Assembly (NCBI GenBank): GCA_951406725.2
Contig: OX597817.1
Location: forward strand, 104,222,001-104,286,000
Direction: 5' to 3'
DNA: 64,000 bases
From: Octopus vulgaris
Taxonomy: Eukaryota
A model generated the notes under the pieces. That model saw only the letters and a list, made by a program, of their open reading frames with translations, had not been told where the DNA came from and did no database searches. Of this stretch, positions 1 through 11,379 are shown in pieces. Position 1 is the stretch's first letter. Each line of letters opens with the position of its first letter. The position numbers and the translations under genes are program-made.

Positions 1-480
1 TAAGTCTTACATTCAAAATTAAGAACAATTGTCCATCTAACACTACAAAATTTTACACGGTTTTGGTAGACCTAAGGCTTTGGTCAAAGACATTTGTTCA
101 AGGTGCTTTGCTTTAGAATCGAACCCCAAAACATCCAGTCGCGAAGCAAATTTTTAAACCTGTGCCCACCATTTTGTGTAGTGAGGGGACAACTGCACAG
201 CTGGTTTAGGTATATCCCTCGGTATCAATGTGTTTCCTCAGTTGATTTCAAGGGACATTTCGTTAAAATAAACTCTGTTTCGCACAACTTATTACTGTAT
301 CTTCTTAGTAGACAGAAATGACGAATTAACGGATACTGCTTCATTCTTATAGAAGATCAATAACAAAGATTATTAGTTACACACTCAACGAACACTGAGC
401 CGAATAACGTGCTTTACTGGCAAACTACAAGTTATATACCATACGATTTATTAACTACTAAATATATATATATATATATA

Positions 481-563
481 TGTTGTGGCGAGAGTCACGA
501 CACCACCTGCGAGAACAGACTGACTGAACGAGTATAAATAGTAGCGGTCTGAGTGAGATAGGA
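481..563 (+). mobile_element. Gypsy-type LTR, 5' portion (TG start, TATA-like box), interrupted by Tx1-like inserts
   Basis: Starts TGTTGTGGCGAGAGTCACGACACC after a (TA)n run, with TATAAATA at ~533. Aligns with the reverse complement of ~41930-41988 (GTTATGGCAAGAATCATGACACTCCCTGTGAGAATGAACTAACCGAACTCGTATAAGTAGC). Confidence 0.7.
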
Positions 564-599
564 CTGAGTTGGGGTTAGCTGCTGCGGAGATTGGGGACT

Positions 600-1094
600 A
601 TGGGGGTGGGAAGACCCGCGTGATCTGTGATACGGTAGAAGTGCGACGGCAGATGCAGATGATGTTACCATCATCGTGTCTGATGAAGGGCAGCTACCTC
701 GTGTAGAAGACGCCATCAAAGGATACGAAGCGGTAGCAGGGGAAAAAATTAACCAGGAGAAATCAGTTGGTTTGCAACTCGGCACCTGATATGGCAAGTC
801 AATGCCTCCCAATAGCCTCGTCGGACGATGGACAGAGAGCCCGATTAAATTGCTCGGAATCTGGTTTGGACCAGATCTTCAGGTGGAGGAAAACTGGAGC
901 GAGGTGACGAGTAAGGTGACGGCCATAACCCAGACCTAGTCTGGGAGGACGTTATCCTTGCTAGGAAGGGCCGCGGTTGTACAGGTGTTTATAGCACCTG
1001 ATTGTAACCCTATCCCCCTGTAAGACTGTCCCTGTTTCGTCCCCGCCCCTGTTCTGTACCTTGTATATATGCCGTTATAGGCGAATAAAGAAAT
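600..1094 (+). mobile_element. 5'-truncated L1/Tx1-like LINE fragment (RT C-terminal part plus 3' tail)
   Basis: Translates to ADDVTIIVSDEGQLPRVEDAIKGYEAVAGEKINQEKSVGLQLG*...IKLLGIWFG...RTLSLLGRAAVVQVFIAP, closely similar to the RT in ORF 46324..47253. Has in-frame stops and ends AATAAAGAAAT. Confidence 0.85.
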
Positions 1095-1095
1095 T

Positions 1096-2945
1096 CTGAG
1101 TAGGAGTTAATTCGTGCTGGCAGCACTTGTGTCATTTGTCACTTTTACATGTTTGATTTTTTGCTGGGAGTTTTCTCGCGCGAGACATTGTTGAAGTTTC
1201 TGTTGAAATTGTTGTAGCTTGTTTGCCAGTTTTGTTTTGTTGTTCGTTTCCCCCATTTTGGGGCGAAAATTGATTTTCATCCCAATATGGAGGTGGACTC
1301 CATACCAAGCTATGCGGCTGCCGCAGGAGCAGGAAAAAATGCTGTTGCCTTGCTGGAGGTGAAGAAGCTAGAAACTAGCCAAGAGATGTTGAATGAATGT
1401 GGAGAGTACATTCAAAAGAAGTGGACGGCTTTGAAGGTGGGCCCCTCCTAAGGAAAGTGTCGAAGAGAAGCAAAGAAGAACGTTGGTCTATCGTACACAA
1501 TCGGCTACATCACGGAAGATCGAAGTAGCGACGGAAAATGACATAGAGAGTTGCTTGCTATCAATAATGGAGGAAGCAACCTTCATTAATAGAGGAAGGA
1601 AGTTTGGCACGGTGGAGGTACGGTTTACCACCGAGGAGGAGGCAGTGAGGCGCTTGACGACAACGTTAAGGTCGGCAGGCTTGATACTTCTGCCGACCTG
1701 CATGGGAAGAAGAAATGTTAGAGTGCGGATTGGAAGGATCCTATCGGAAATAAAAGAAGTGTGGCCGGTGACAGGCATTATGGCTGCCACTCAGGAGGAC
1801 GCTAAATTGATGCGCGTCGGTAGAACGCAACAAGTGAATTGGTGGGGATATCACCTGGAAGTCTTGCTCCATGTCACCCACCATGACATCGAAGAATTAC
1901 CGTACGAAATTGTCATACCGGAGGAAAATGCGTTGAAGGTAGTTGTTGAGGGAAGACCCAACTGTTACCTATGTGGACGGAGAGGACACATAAAGGTCCA
2001 TTGCCCCGATTATAAGCCGCCCCAGACGGAGAAGACTACGGCGGAGCCCCACACTGAGAAGACAACGGCGGAGCCCCAGACCGAGAAGACTATGGCGGAG
2101 TCCCAGATCGAAAAGACTACGACGGTGCCCCAGAGCGTTGCTGAAGAAGCAACAGAGAAAAAGCAGAAACCAGTAGAGGGAAGTAGTGACGAGAGTGACT
2201 ACATTGTGAAGCACAAAAGAAGGAGGAGTGAGACGAAAGGATCCCCACCAAATGGTACAAACAAGGAGGACAAAACACCCACATATAAAAGACACGAAAA
2301 CCCATTTATGAACATCTCAACCCCATCCACACCACTGAAAAAAAAAAACATCGTAGACAATCCGGACAGGTATACAAAGACACATACACGCGCAGACATA
2401 CATAAGCAGGAAAACACACACGCAGCCAAACCATTCAGGTCCCCACAGAAAACCAAATACACCGCATACACAACAAAAGTGTGAATATACACAAAAGTGT
2501 GAATATAGAAAAGATGTTAACGAAATGGAAGAACATAACAAGAGTAAAACTGCCTGCAGGGGAGTTCCTCCCAATAAAAAGTGCGTCCTACTGGACCTGG
2601 AAAGAAATAAAAATTTTAAAAAGACTTTCGGGTCTGATGTAGACCCCATAGGGCCGGAAGTAGGGTTTGATACGCTGCCTCCTGTCATTGAATATAAGGA
2701 GGTGGAAAGCACTCAAAGCAAGTAAATGTAATTTTAAAACTAAATTGTTTACGATGAACTAGTAAGAAAAAACAATTGTATTAAATGTAACTACTCGAGT
2801 GCGGGGCTCGAGTAGCCATCGCACCCCCACATTCATATATCATCCTTTCATTAATTCATTCGTTTTACTTTTTCCCCGCTGCATGTTTTGTCTGTCCTTG
2901 CGTTGTCCCCTCTGTGTTGGGCCCTTGGTGGCCAAATAAAGAAAT
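1096..2945 (+). mobile_element. ORF1-only (HAL1-like) Tx1/L1-related non-autonomous element
   Basis: T-rich 5' UTR, ATG at 1287 (MEVDSIPSYAAAAG...), frameshifted ORF1 to ~2725, then ~220 bp 3' UTR ending TGTCC...CCCTCTGTG...AATAAAGAAAT. No ORF2 sequence seen. Confidence 0.65.
1287..2725 (+). pseudogene. Tx1/L1-like ORF1 (RRM-like region plus CCHC zinc knuckle), frameshifted
   Basis: ORF 1483..2484 contains GTVEVRFTTEEEA (RRM-like) and CYLCGRRGHIKVHC (CX2CX4HX4C), followed by ~27-bp tandem repeats (QTEKTTAEP) and a basic low-complexity tail. Confidence 0.75.
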
Positions 2946-3112
2946 GAGAGTAAAGGTTAATCGCAGGAAGTCGTAAGGTATCTATTTGGTAGTTTGTCGG
3001 AATATAGTTTGTTGGTTTGTGAAAAGTTGTTGTTACCCTGCTTCGTTATATATTTTATTGTTACTATGCGGTTATAGTGTACAAAAGTATCGTCATAATT
3101 GGCGAAATAACA
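2946..3112 (+). mobile_element. Gypsy-type LTR, 3' portion ending ...TAACA
   Basis: AATCGCAGGAAGTCGTAAGGT matches the sister LTR (reverse complement of ~41878-41898). Ends in CA four bases before a PBS. Confidence 0.7.
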
Positions 3113-3116
3113 ATAG

Positions 3117-3129
3117 TGGGGACGAGGAT
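3117..3129 (+). promoter_or_regulatory. Primer binding site (tRNA-Ser-like)
   Basis: TGGGGACGAGGAT is one mismatch from TGGCGACGAGGAT, the complement of a tRNA-Ser(GCU) 3' end, and lies between the LTR end and gag. Confidence 0.7.
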
Positions 3130-3173
3130 TCGAAATTCATGCAGGTCAGTTAACAAAATTTTGTGATATAAAG

Positions 3174-4570
3174 TTGCTAATTATGGCAGACCTATTAGCT
3201 TCCATAATACAGTTGAAAAAGCAACAGCAAGAACAGCAACAGGAGTTACAAAATCAACAACTACAGCCACAAGAAAAACAACAGTTAATGGAGCTATGTT
3301 TCAAGAAGTCCGGAAACACTATCAGTTCGTTTTCACCAGACGGTGTATCGAACTCTATAACAGAATTCAGTTGTTTGCAACGTACTTTAAAGGGTACGAA
3401 GAAATCTTCAGGGAAGATTGCAAGTCGTGGACAGATGAGGAAAAAGTAAGACTATTATTACGTAAATTAGCTCCGTCAGAACATGAAAAACGTTGTAATT
3501 TTATACTACCCCAAAAAAACTAGTGAAATTTGTTTTCAGGAAACAGTCGAATTACTTTCAAAAATGTTCAGATTACTATCAAAAATATTCAGTGATAAGA
3601 GTTCCTTATTTAGCACTCGATAAGAGTGTTGGAATCTAGTTAAAAAGAGGATGAAGACTTTATCACATATGCCGTGATCGTAAACAGAATGTGCGAAAGG
3701 TTTAAACTGAATGATCTAACTCCTGATATGTTTAAGTGCCTCATTTTTGTACAAGGTTTGACGCCAAACAAAGATGCGGAAATACGTGCAAGAATTCTCA
3801 CAAAACTTGAACAAGCGAACCAGAGTTTAATCCTGCAAACAATTGCAGAGGAATGTCAAAGAATGGTAAACTTGCGACAGAACGTAAAAAAAGTTGAAGG
3901 GAAGTGCAGGCATGTCGACCGGGAAGGAATAAACAAAAAAAAATTTTAGGACCAAACCCATGCCACAGATGTGGAGGCCTACATTTCAAGAAGGACTGTC
4001 CTTTCAAAATGCGGAAATGTTACAGTTGCCAAAAGGTAGGACACAAGAGCTCACATTGCAGAGCAAAGTTAGGAAGGTCGGAAAATAAAGTTTTCTCCAC
4101 ACGGAAAGTAGAAACGACACCAAGTTACGTGTTTTGGCTGACAATGGATCGGGACATTGAAAATTTGGTGAAATCATGTAGAGGTTGTGCACTAGCAGCC
4201 AAGGTACCACCGGTGTAATACCAAACGTGGTCTGAGACTGATGGCCCGTGGTCCAGGGTACGTATAGATTACGCTGGACAGGTGTACACGAATACTACTT
4301 GATCATTGTTGATAGTTTTACCAAATGTCCGGAAATATGTAGGTGCAGTCAACCAACGCTGAAGGCAACAATAAAGTTCCTGCACGAACCTTTTACTCGA
4401 TACGGTGTTCCGAACACCATAGTGTCGGACAATGGAACACAATTTACAGGATACGAGTTCAAAAATTTCTACAAAATGCATGCAATCAACTACATTTTAC
4501 TCCGCTCTACCACCCGAGATAAAATGGGCAAGCAGAACGATTGATTAGTAGACACTTTTAAGCGAGCCAT
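3174..4570 (+). mobile_element. Ty3/Gypsy (Mag-like) internal region: degenerate gag plus integrase, PR-RT-RNaseH deleted
   Basis: gag-like WTDEEKVRLLLRKL and two Zn knuckles CHRCGGLHFKKDCPFKMRKCYSCQKVGHKSSHC, followed directly by integrase SYVFWLTMDRDIENLVKSCRGC, YLIIVDSFTK and YGVPNTIVSDNGTQF. Several frameshifts. Confidence 0.9.
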
Positions 4571-4753
4571 ATAGTACACAATTCCTAAAACCATATAATA
4601 CACAATTTAAATTTATTTACTTCTGTATTATTCTGACAACGCTCGCGCACTAAATTTGAATCCATAAGGTGTAAAGATGGAGCTGTCTTGCGCATGTGTT
4701 TGCCTCGCGTTTTCGGTACGTATTACTGCTACATAATTATGCATTCTTAAGCG

Positions 4754-4823
4754 ATCCTACTGACGAGATACAGATACCAAATTAATTTATTTGGTCATTA
4801 ATAGCGAAATTCAAGTATAGGAT
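4754..4823 (+). ncRNA. Type I hammerhead ribozyme motif
   Basis: Stem I ATCCTA/TAGGAT; core CTGACGA; long stem II closed by G-C with inner hairpin ACCAAAT-TAATTT-ATTTGGT; GAAA; minimal stem III; GTA cleavage triplet at 4815-4817. Confidence 0.65.
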
Positions 4824-5023
4824 TAACTAATTTTTTATTCACTCTAGTGCCTATTAGCAGCGTGCCTTAAAAATTCCTTTTGTTCGTGGTTTGAGGTTAA
4901 CTGCCCTTTTTATCATGTAAGAAGTCCTGTCAAGTGTCTTCTTTCCGTGTATAAATCTTTATAAACTCTTATATATGCATGTATGTATATATGTATGTAT
5001 ACATACATACATACATACATACA

Positions 5024-5058
<35 letters not shown>

Positions 5059-5506
5059 GTATGTATGTATGTACAGGTATATGTATATATAACATATTTA
5101 ACATACGTCTATCGTTTAAAAGTCAGAAGCTAATGTTCTTCGTACGAGAAAATCCCTTTGTAGACGTATTGTGTTAAGAAGAGCAATATATTTCAGAGCA
5201 AGGTCGGAGGAAATCGCACTGGAAGTGACTGTGAGAGCGACACATAAGTATTTCCCCGTTGTTGTAGCTTGTCAACGTCACATGTTTGTCTCTCTCCGAA
5301 GAGAGGGCGAATGTATATAGAGATAGTGCATAAACAATGCATTGGTTTGCAATGGCGTCGCATGAGCAAAATAAAACTAGCACGATGCAAAAGAAGCAAG
5401 CAGCTGCAAAGTAGAATCTACATCCTATATAGCATAACGCGTATCGTTACAAAACTTTATACAGATAAAAATTTCATTCAAGAGCTACTTCTGTTACGTA
5501 ATTAGA

Positions 5507-5537
<31 letters not shown>

Positions 5538-6539
5538 TGTATGTATGTATGTATGTATGTATGTATGTATGCTTGTGTGCGGTTGCACATGCGTGTACAA
5601 TTACACGTTTATATATAATGGGGAGTAAGAAAATATATATTAGTAAATATTAAAATAATTTTCGAATTAAAATTGCTTCAGGCATTAATTAATGTTTCGT
5701 CAGACTGGTATTCATCTGTGGGGTGGAAAAGAGAAATGATAGGCGCAAGTATGCGTTACTTTTAATGGTTAAGGCTATGGTAAATTTCTTATGGAACGAT
5801 GAAACGTGATGTCACTTTTTCTAGAGGATGATGGAACGAAGTAGGCCAGAGAAGTAAACAAGTGAAATGCACTTACAATTTCCGTTAATGGCTAATATTT
5901 CAAACTGCACACGGCCTGTTCATTAATTTCGTTCTATCATGTGAAATTTTCACTGCCATATCTTTTCCATATACGAAAGCGATATCGCCACATGAGTGCA
6001 CCAAACTACTAAAAATAGCGGACATGTATGAAATATTTCTTTTCTCTTCTTCACCAAAGATTACTCGACTTAAGAAATATTAATTAGTGTCTAGAGTAAC
6101 TTTCATTAGTAATTCATTTTAATCTCATTACAAGTATAGATTGCGCTGTTGCTAGTTACATGTACATGTGTGCATAACTACATACAATTATGTCGCTCTG
6201 TTTTGATTATCCTGCTACAAGATCGAGCACTCGTGGCATTTTTTCTTTTGTCAATAGAAAAGATATAGCATTGTACAGCAATGTATATATTATGTAAAAT
6301 AATTAGAATAGATATACGTACACATAAACACGCATACATTCACATATATTTATATATGCATACGTATACATACAGTGGTGTAAAGACGATAACTGTTGTA
6401 AAGAACAATACATGAAGATCAAAATTTCACATGTAGATTATTTAACGCTTCAATGGAAAAAATAGTGAACTAACATTTCGGACGTCAGTTCCTCATCAGA
6501 TAAAAACAAAGCGACGATAGATGTGTCAGGGTATATTTT

Positions 6540-7194
6540 TCTTACTTCAGTCATTTGACAGCAGCCATGCTGGGGCACCGACTTGATGTGTTTTTATTAG
6601 AACAAATCGACACCAGGATTTATTTTTTAAAGCCTGGTACTTATTTTATCGGTCACTTAGACCGAACTGCTAAGTCACGAGGACGTAAATACACCTACAT
6701 CGGTTGTCAAGCGGTGGTGGGAGGACAAACACAGGCACAAACAAATAAACACATACACACACATATGCGCGCGCTCTCACACACACACACACATACTCTT
6801 TAATTCTTTTACTCGTTTCAGTTATTTGACTGTGGCCATGCTACGGCACCGCCTTCAGTCGAAGAAATCGACCGAAAGACTTATTCTTTGTAAGCCTAAT
6901 ACTCATTCTATCGGTCTCTTTTGCCGCACTGCTATATTTCGGGGACATAAACACACCAACATTGGCTGTCAAGCGATGGTGGGGGACACACATAGACACA
7001 AAGACACACACACATAAATATATATATATATACGACGGGCTTCTTTCAGTTTCCATCTACCAAATCCACTCACAAGGCTTTGATCGGCCCGGGGCTATAG
7101 TAGAAGACATTTGTCCAAGGTTCTACGCAGTAGACTGAACCCGGAACCATGAGGTTGGGAAGCAAGCTTCTTACCACACAGCCAGGCCTGTGGC

Positions 7195-7195
<1 letters not shown>
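6540..7195 (-). mobile_element. SINE family B (tRNA-derived, CORE-like segment): one near-full copy plus an extra 3' half
   Basis: Reverse complement reads GGCTGTGTGGTAAGAAGCTTGCTTCCCAACC...GGTTCCGGGTTCAGTC (A/B boxes), CCTTGGACAAATGTCTT, internal microsatellite and 3' ...CATGGCCACAGTCAAAT... Confidence 0.85.
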
Positions 7196-7267
<72 letters not shown>

Positions 7268-7288
7268 ACGTATTCGTATGTATGTATA

Positions 7289-8179
7289 TACTAGATGACG
7301 TACCCGGTAATTCCCAGGAAAGCGAGGCTTATCCTTTGGTTCCGTTCTCATAATTGTTTCACTAATCCAATAAAAAAATACAAAGTTTGTAGCCCTTAAA
7401 ACAGTTTTTGTACATTCACAGAGAATACCGAACTGTCTTACACAGGATCTTGTTTTTAGGAATTTCCAATAAATTATGAATACCAAAATTGTGAAGTCAG
7501 TTATGTAATAAAAGAAAATTAGTTACCCGATAGTAAAAATTCAAATAAAGTAGCCCCGAAAAGGGCTTTAATGCGTTCCCAGAGCATATAGAACTTAGGA
7601 GGAAATAATAAAGTATGTATACTAAAATCGTGAAACATGTTACGTAATAACAGCCTAATCAGATATGAGATAATAACATTTCAAAGTAAATAACTCTGAA
7701 AAGGGCTGTTGTGCGTTCCTAGAGAATATTACCCTCAGCAACGCTAGTGTTGGTATATTCGTGAATAAGTGACTAACCGAAATAAGTGGATCTATTTTTT
7801 AGGAAAATACTATTTACTTGTTTAAGGATTGTACTGGATAAATTGCGAAAATAAGTCTAACAGTTCAAATACTCAAAAATAAGCATACTCAATTTGATTT
7901 ATACCAAATGATTTAGGAAAATGACTGGGTTATTTCTTTTGGCTGTTAAAATCTGGGCGAAGGGGTTATTTCCCTAGGCTGTTAAAATGAAATATTTAGC
8001 TATATATAAGGATACCTTCCAGAGGCCCTATTATCGATTTTTACAACAATATCAGCATACCATGAGGATTACAGACATGAGTTCTTCTCACGTGTCAACT
8101 TTCATCAAAATCGATAAAACGATGTAGGAGGAGTTAGCTAACAACTCCACAAACACACCCACAGACAGAATTCCCCACA

Positions 8180-8185
<6 letters not shown>
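7289..8185 (+). mobile_element. Non-autonomous Helentron/DINE-1-like element
   Basis: Begins TACTAGATGACGTACCCGGTAATTCCCAGG and ends ...CAACTTTCATCAAAATCG...ACAGACAGAATT between TA microsatellites. Internal ~140-bp direct duplication (~7480-7740). Confidence 0.45.
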
Positions 8186-8268
<83 letters not shown>

Positions 8269-8332
8269 GCATGTATGTATGTATATATGTATTTATATAT
8301 TTATAACTATATATATATGTATATAGTTAGGA

Positions 8333-8442
8333 GTGGCTGTGTGGTAAGTAGCTTGCAAACCAACCACATGGTTCCGGGTTCAGTCCCACTGCGTGGCATC
8401 TTGGGCAAGTGTCTTCTGTTATAGCCTCGGGCTGACCAAAGT
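8333..8442 (+). mobile_element. SINE family B, 5' part
   Basis: GTGGCTGTGTGGTAAGTAGCTTGC...GGTTCCGGGTTCAGTCCCACTGCGTGGCATCTTGGGCAAGTGTCTT. Confidence 0.85.
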
Positions 8443-8444
8443 CA

Positions 8445-8601
8445 ATGGAAAAATGTGTCGATCTAGAAGGACTTAAGTTTGAACAATTTTCATGATGTTT
8501 CATATTTAGATGCTTTTATTAAATTCATTCAGTTGTTAAACATAAATCTTGGAATTAAATGGTCTTGATTTACTGTCAGGTGACATTTGGCCAACCCTGT
8601 A
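8445..8601 (+). mobile_element. Tc1/mariner 3' end remnant
   Basis: Encodes EKCVDLEG..FEQF (mariner/Tc1 C-terminus-like) and ends TGGCCAACCCTG followed by TA. Confidence 0.5.
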
Positions 8602-8692
8602 TATATGTGTGTGTGTGTATATACACATACAAACATGCATACATATATATTTACATATATATACATGCATATAATGTGTGTGTATGGGTATA

Positions 8693-8790
8693 TACGAGGT
8701 GCGTTCAAAAAGTATCCAACTTCATTCTTTCTCACCAAAACTATGTCGCGTGAGTGAACTCGTTTGGGTGGGACGTGACACCACCTTTCT
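8693..8790 (+). mobile_element. mariner-like terminal inverted repeat remnant
   Basis: TA followed by CGAGGTGCGTTCAAAAAGTATCC, typical of mariner TIR starts. Confidence 0.5.
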
Positions 8791-8879
8791 TGTGCATGAA
8801 TGAGAACTTTTGCGTCGGTAGGCAGCGTCAGTTCCTGGCTGTTTCGCCTAGAGAACAGACGTGTAGTGCGCAACGTGTT

Positions 8880-9220
8880 GGTGAAAGAATCTTTAGAACG
8901 CCAGGGAAAATGTCTAATAGCATTTCTTCCGTCTTTATATTCTGGGTTCAAATTCCACTGCGGTCGATTTTTGCCTTTCGTACTTTCAAGGTCGATAAAG
9001 TAATGTATCAATTGCATACTTCGATCTATGTAATTGACCTTCTCCCTCCTCCAAAATTTGAAGCCTTGCGCCTAAAGTTGAAAGGATGGCAAAGGCCAGC
9101 AATTTTAGGGGAGGGATAAGTCGGTTTCATCGATCTCAGTACTTGATTGGTACTTATTTTATCGACCCTGAAATGTTGCGAGGCAAAATCAAACCTTGGC
9201 AGAATTTGAATAAAGAACGT
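8880..9220. mobile_element. Two diverged SINE family A copies, tail to tail
   Basis: Plus-strand GGGTTCAAATTCC...GTCGATTTTTGCCTTTC...GTCGATAAAG and its reverse complement TACTTATTTTATCGACCCTGAAA...GGCAAA. Confidence 0.7.
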
Positions 9221-9447
9221 CGTACGAGCCTCGTACGAACCAACCTACCAGCCTAGTTCGTGTTTCGATTACTTAACGTTCCCTTCAATTAGGCTTTTAA
9301 CGATCTTGAACGTGGCATAAACAAGCTTGTGGACTGTTAGATGAACGCTATCAAGTAAGAAGTAATTTCTTGATGAACTTTACAGCAATGAAATTAGGAT
9401 ATTTTGTTAAGTATTTTGTCGAGATATACAGACATATAGACACAGAC

Positions 9448-9600
9448 GTGGCTGTGTGGTAAGAAGGTTGCTTCCCAACTACATGATTCTGGGTTCAGTC
9501 CCACTGCGTGGCACCATGGGCAAGTGTTTTCTATAATAGCCTTGGGCTGGCTAAAGCCTTGTGAGTGAATTTGGTAGACGAAAACCTAAAGAAGCCCGTC

Positions 9601-9662
<62 letters not shown>

Positions 9663-9865
9663 TGTGTTTGTTCCCCCATCACCGCTTCACAACCGGTGTT
9701 GGTGTATTTACATCACGTAACTTAGTTTGGCAAAAGAGACCGATAGAATAAGTACTTGGCTTTAAAAAAATAATGAGGTTGATTTGTTTGACTAAAACAC
9801 TTCAAGACAGTGCTCCTTCATGGCTGCAGTAAAATGACTGAAACAAGTAAAAGAATAAAAGAATA
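9448..9865 (+). mobile_element. SINE family B, full-length
   Basis: GTGGCTGTGTGGTAAG head, internal (TA)n, 3' CATGGCTGCAGTAAAATGACTGAAACAAGTAAAAGAATAAAAGAAT. Confidence 0.9.
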
Positions 9866-10267
9866 TTACAATACCCTGTTTATTCATTTCCTACAAAATA
9901 TATATTTACCCTAATATTTAACATGTTTCAGTTATTTTACTGTGGCCTTGCTGAAGCACCGCTCCGAAGGCTTTTAGTTGGGCAAAACGACTCCAGTATT
10001 TCTTATTTTGAAAGCCTGGTATTTATACTAGCGCTCCTTTTTGCCGAATTGCTCGATAATTTGTACGTAAACAAACCAACACTGTTTGTCAACTGGTGTA
10101 GGAGACGAACAGGCATACGTACATATATATATGTACACACACACACACACACACATATATATAAGAGGAGGTATATTTCCACGCAGAAAATAATATAGGA
10201 AAATTTGTAGTTGAAAATGCATCTAAATTTGAAAACCTGTGCTTCCTGCGGTTGTAAAACTTTTTAA

Positions 10268-10772
10268 TTATTTCTTGCAATGTAGGTGCACCCTCATATA
10301 TATATATGAAGTGCCCTGCACCCTCAGACACAACTAGTGACAATTTAATTTTTCCCTTTTGTTTGTTTTATTTAAATCATATTTGTCACAACTAGTGACA
10401 ATTGAATTTTTCTTTTTTTTTTCTTTTTTTATTTAAATCATATTTGATATTATTTAATTTTGACTCAGTATGACCGAACTTTTGATGATCCACATTTCTT
10501 ATTTCTTTACTGCCCACAAGAGGTTACACACAGAGGGGACAAACAGACGGAATAAGTCGATTATATATATAACATTTCCAAGTATATGTATATATATTTT
10601 TTTTCTTTTTCACTTGTTTCAGTCATTTTGACTGTGGCCATATATATATATATATATATATGAAATAATGAAAGCAGCCATACGCAATATAAAACAAAAA
10701 AAAAAAGGAAAATTTCAATTGTCACTAGTTGTGATAGAGGGTGCATCGTAGCACCTACATTGCTAGAAATAA
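10268..10772. repeat. Inverted-repeat (MITE-like) structure enclosing SINE fragments
   Basis: TTATTTCTTGCAATGTAGGTGC...CACAACTAGTGACAATT on the left pairs with AATTGTCACTAGTTGTG...GCACCTACATTGCTAGAAATAA on the right. Confidence 0.6.
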
Positions 10773-10915
10773 GAGCTAAAAAGCCTTTGCAACTGCAAGA
10801 AGCACACACACACATACACACTCACACACACACACACATACACACTCACACACACACACATATATGTGCGCGCGCGTGTGTGTATACATTGATATAGGCA
10901 GACAGACAGACAGAC

Positions 10916-10956
<41 letters not shown>

Positions 10957-11379
10957 TTATAAATAATATTTAATACTATCCTATGAATATGAAAATGTCC
11001 TCACAAATTAACATGGGGTGTGTAGAAATGTGTGTCGAGATACATTAATAAAGTCTAAAAATTTCCATCCACAAGCCATTTTCGTTATTACTATATATAT
11101 ATATATAGACACACATACACACAAACACACAATAAGTTTCCAGACAGTTTCTGTTGGCCAAATTCACTCACATGATATTGGTTGGTCCGGGGCTATAGTA
11201 TAAGACACTTGCCCGAGATGTCGCACATGAGACTGAACCTGAAACCACATGCTTGCAAAGAGAACTTCTCAATCACATAACCATGCCTATCAACTATAGC
11301 TACGCCTGCATCTATAAATTATAGACCATCGATATTGGATTTATATATATTCAAGCTTTACTCATTTCAGAGAATAAAC

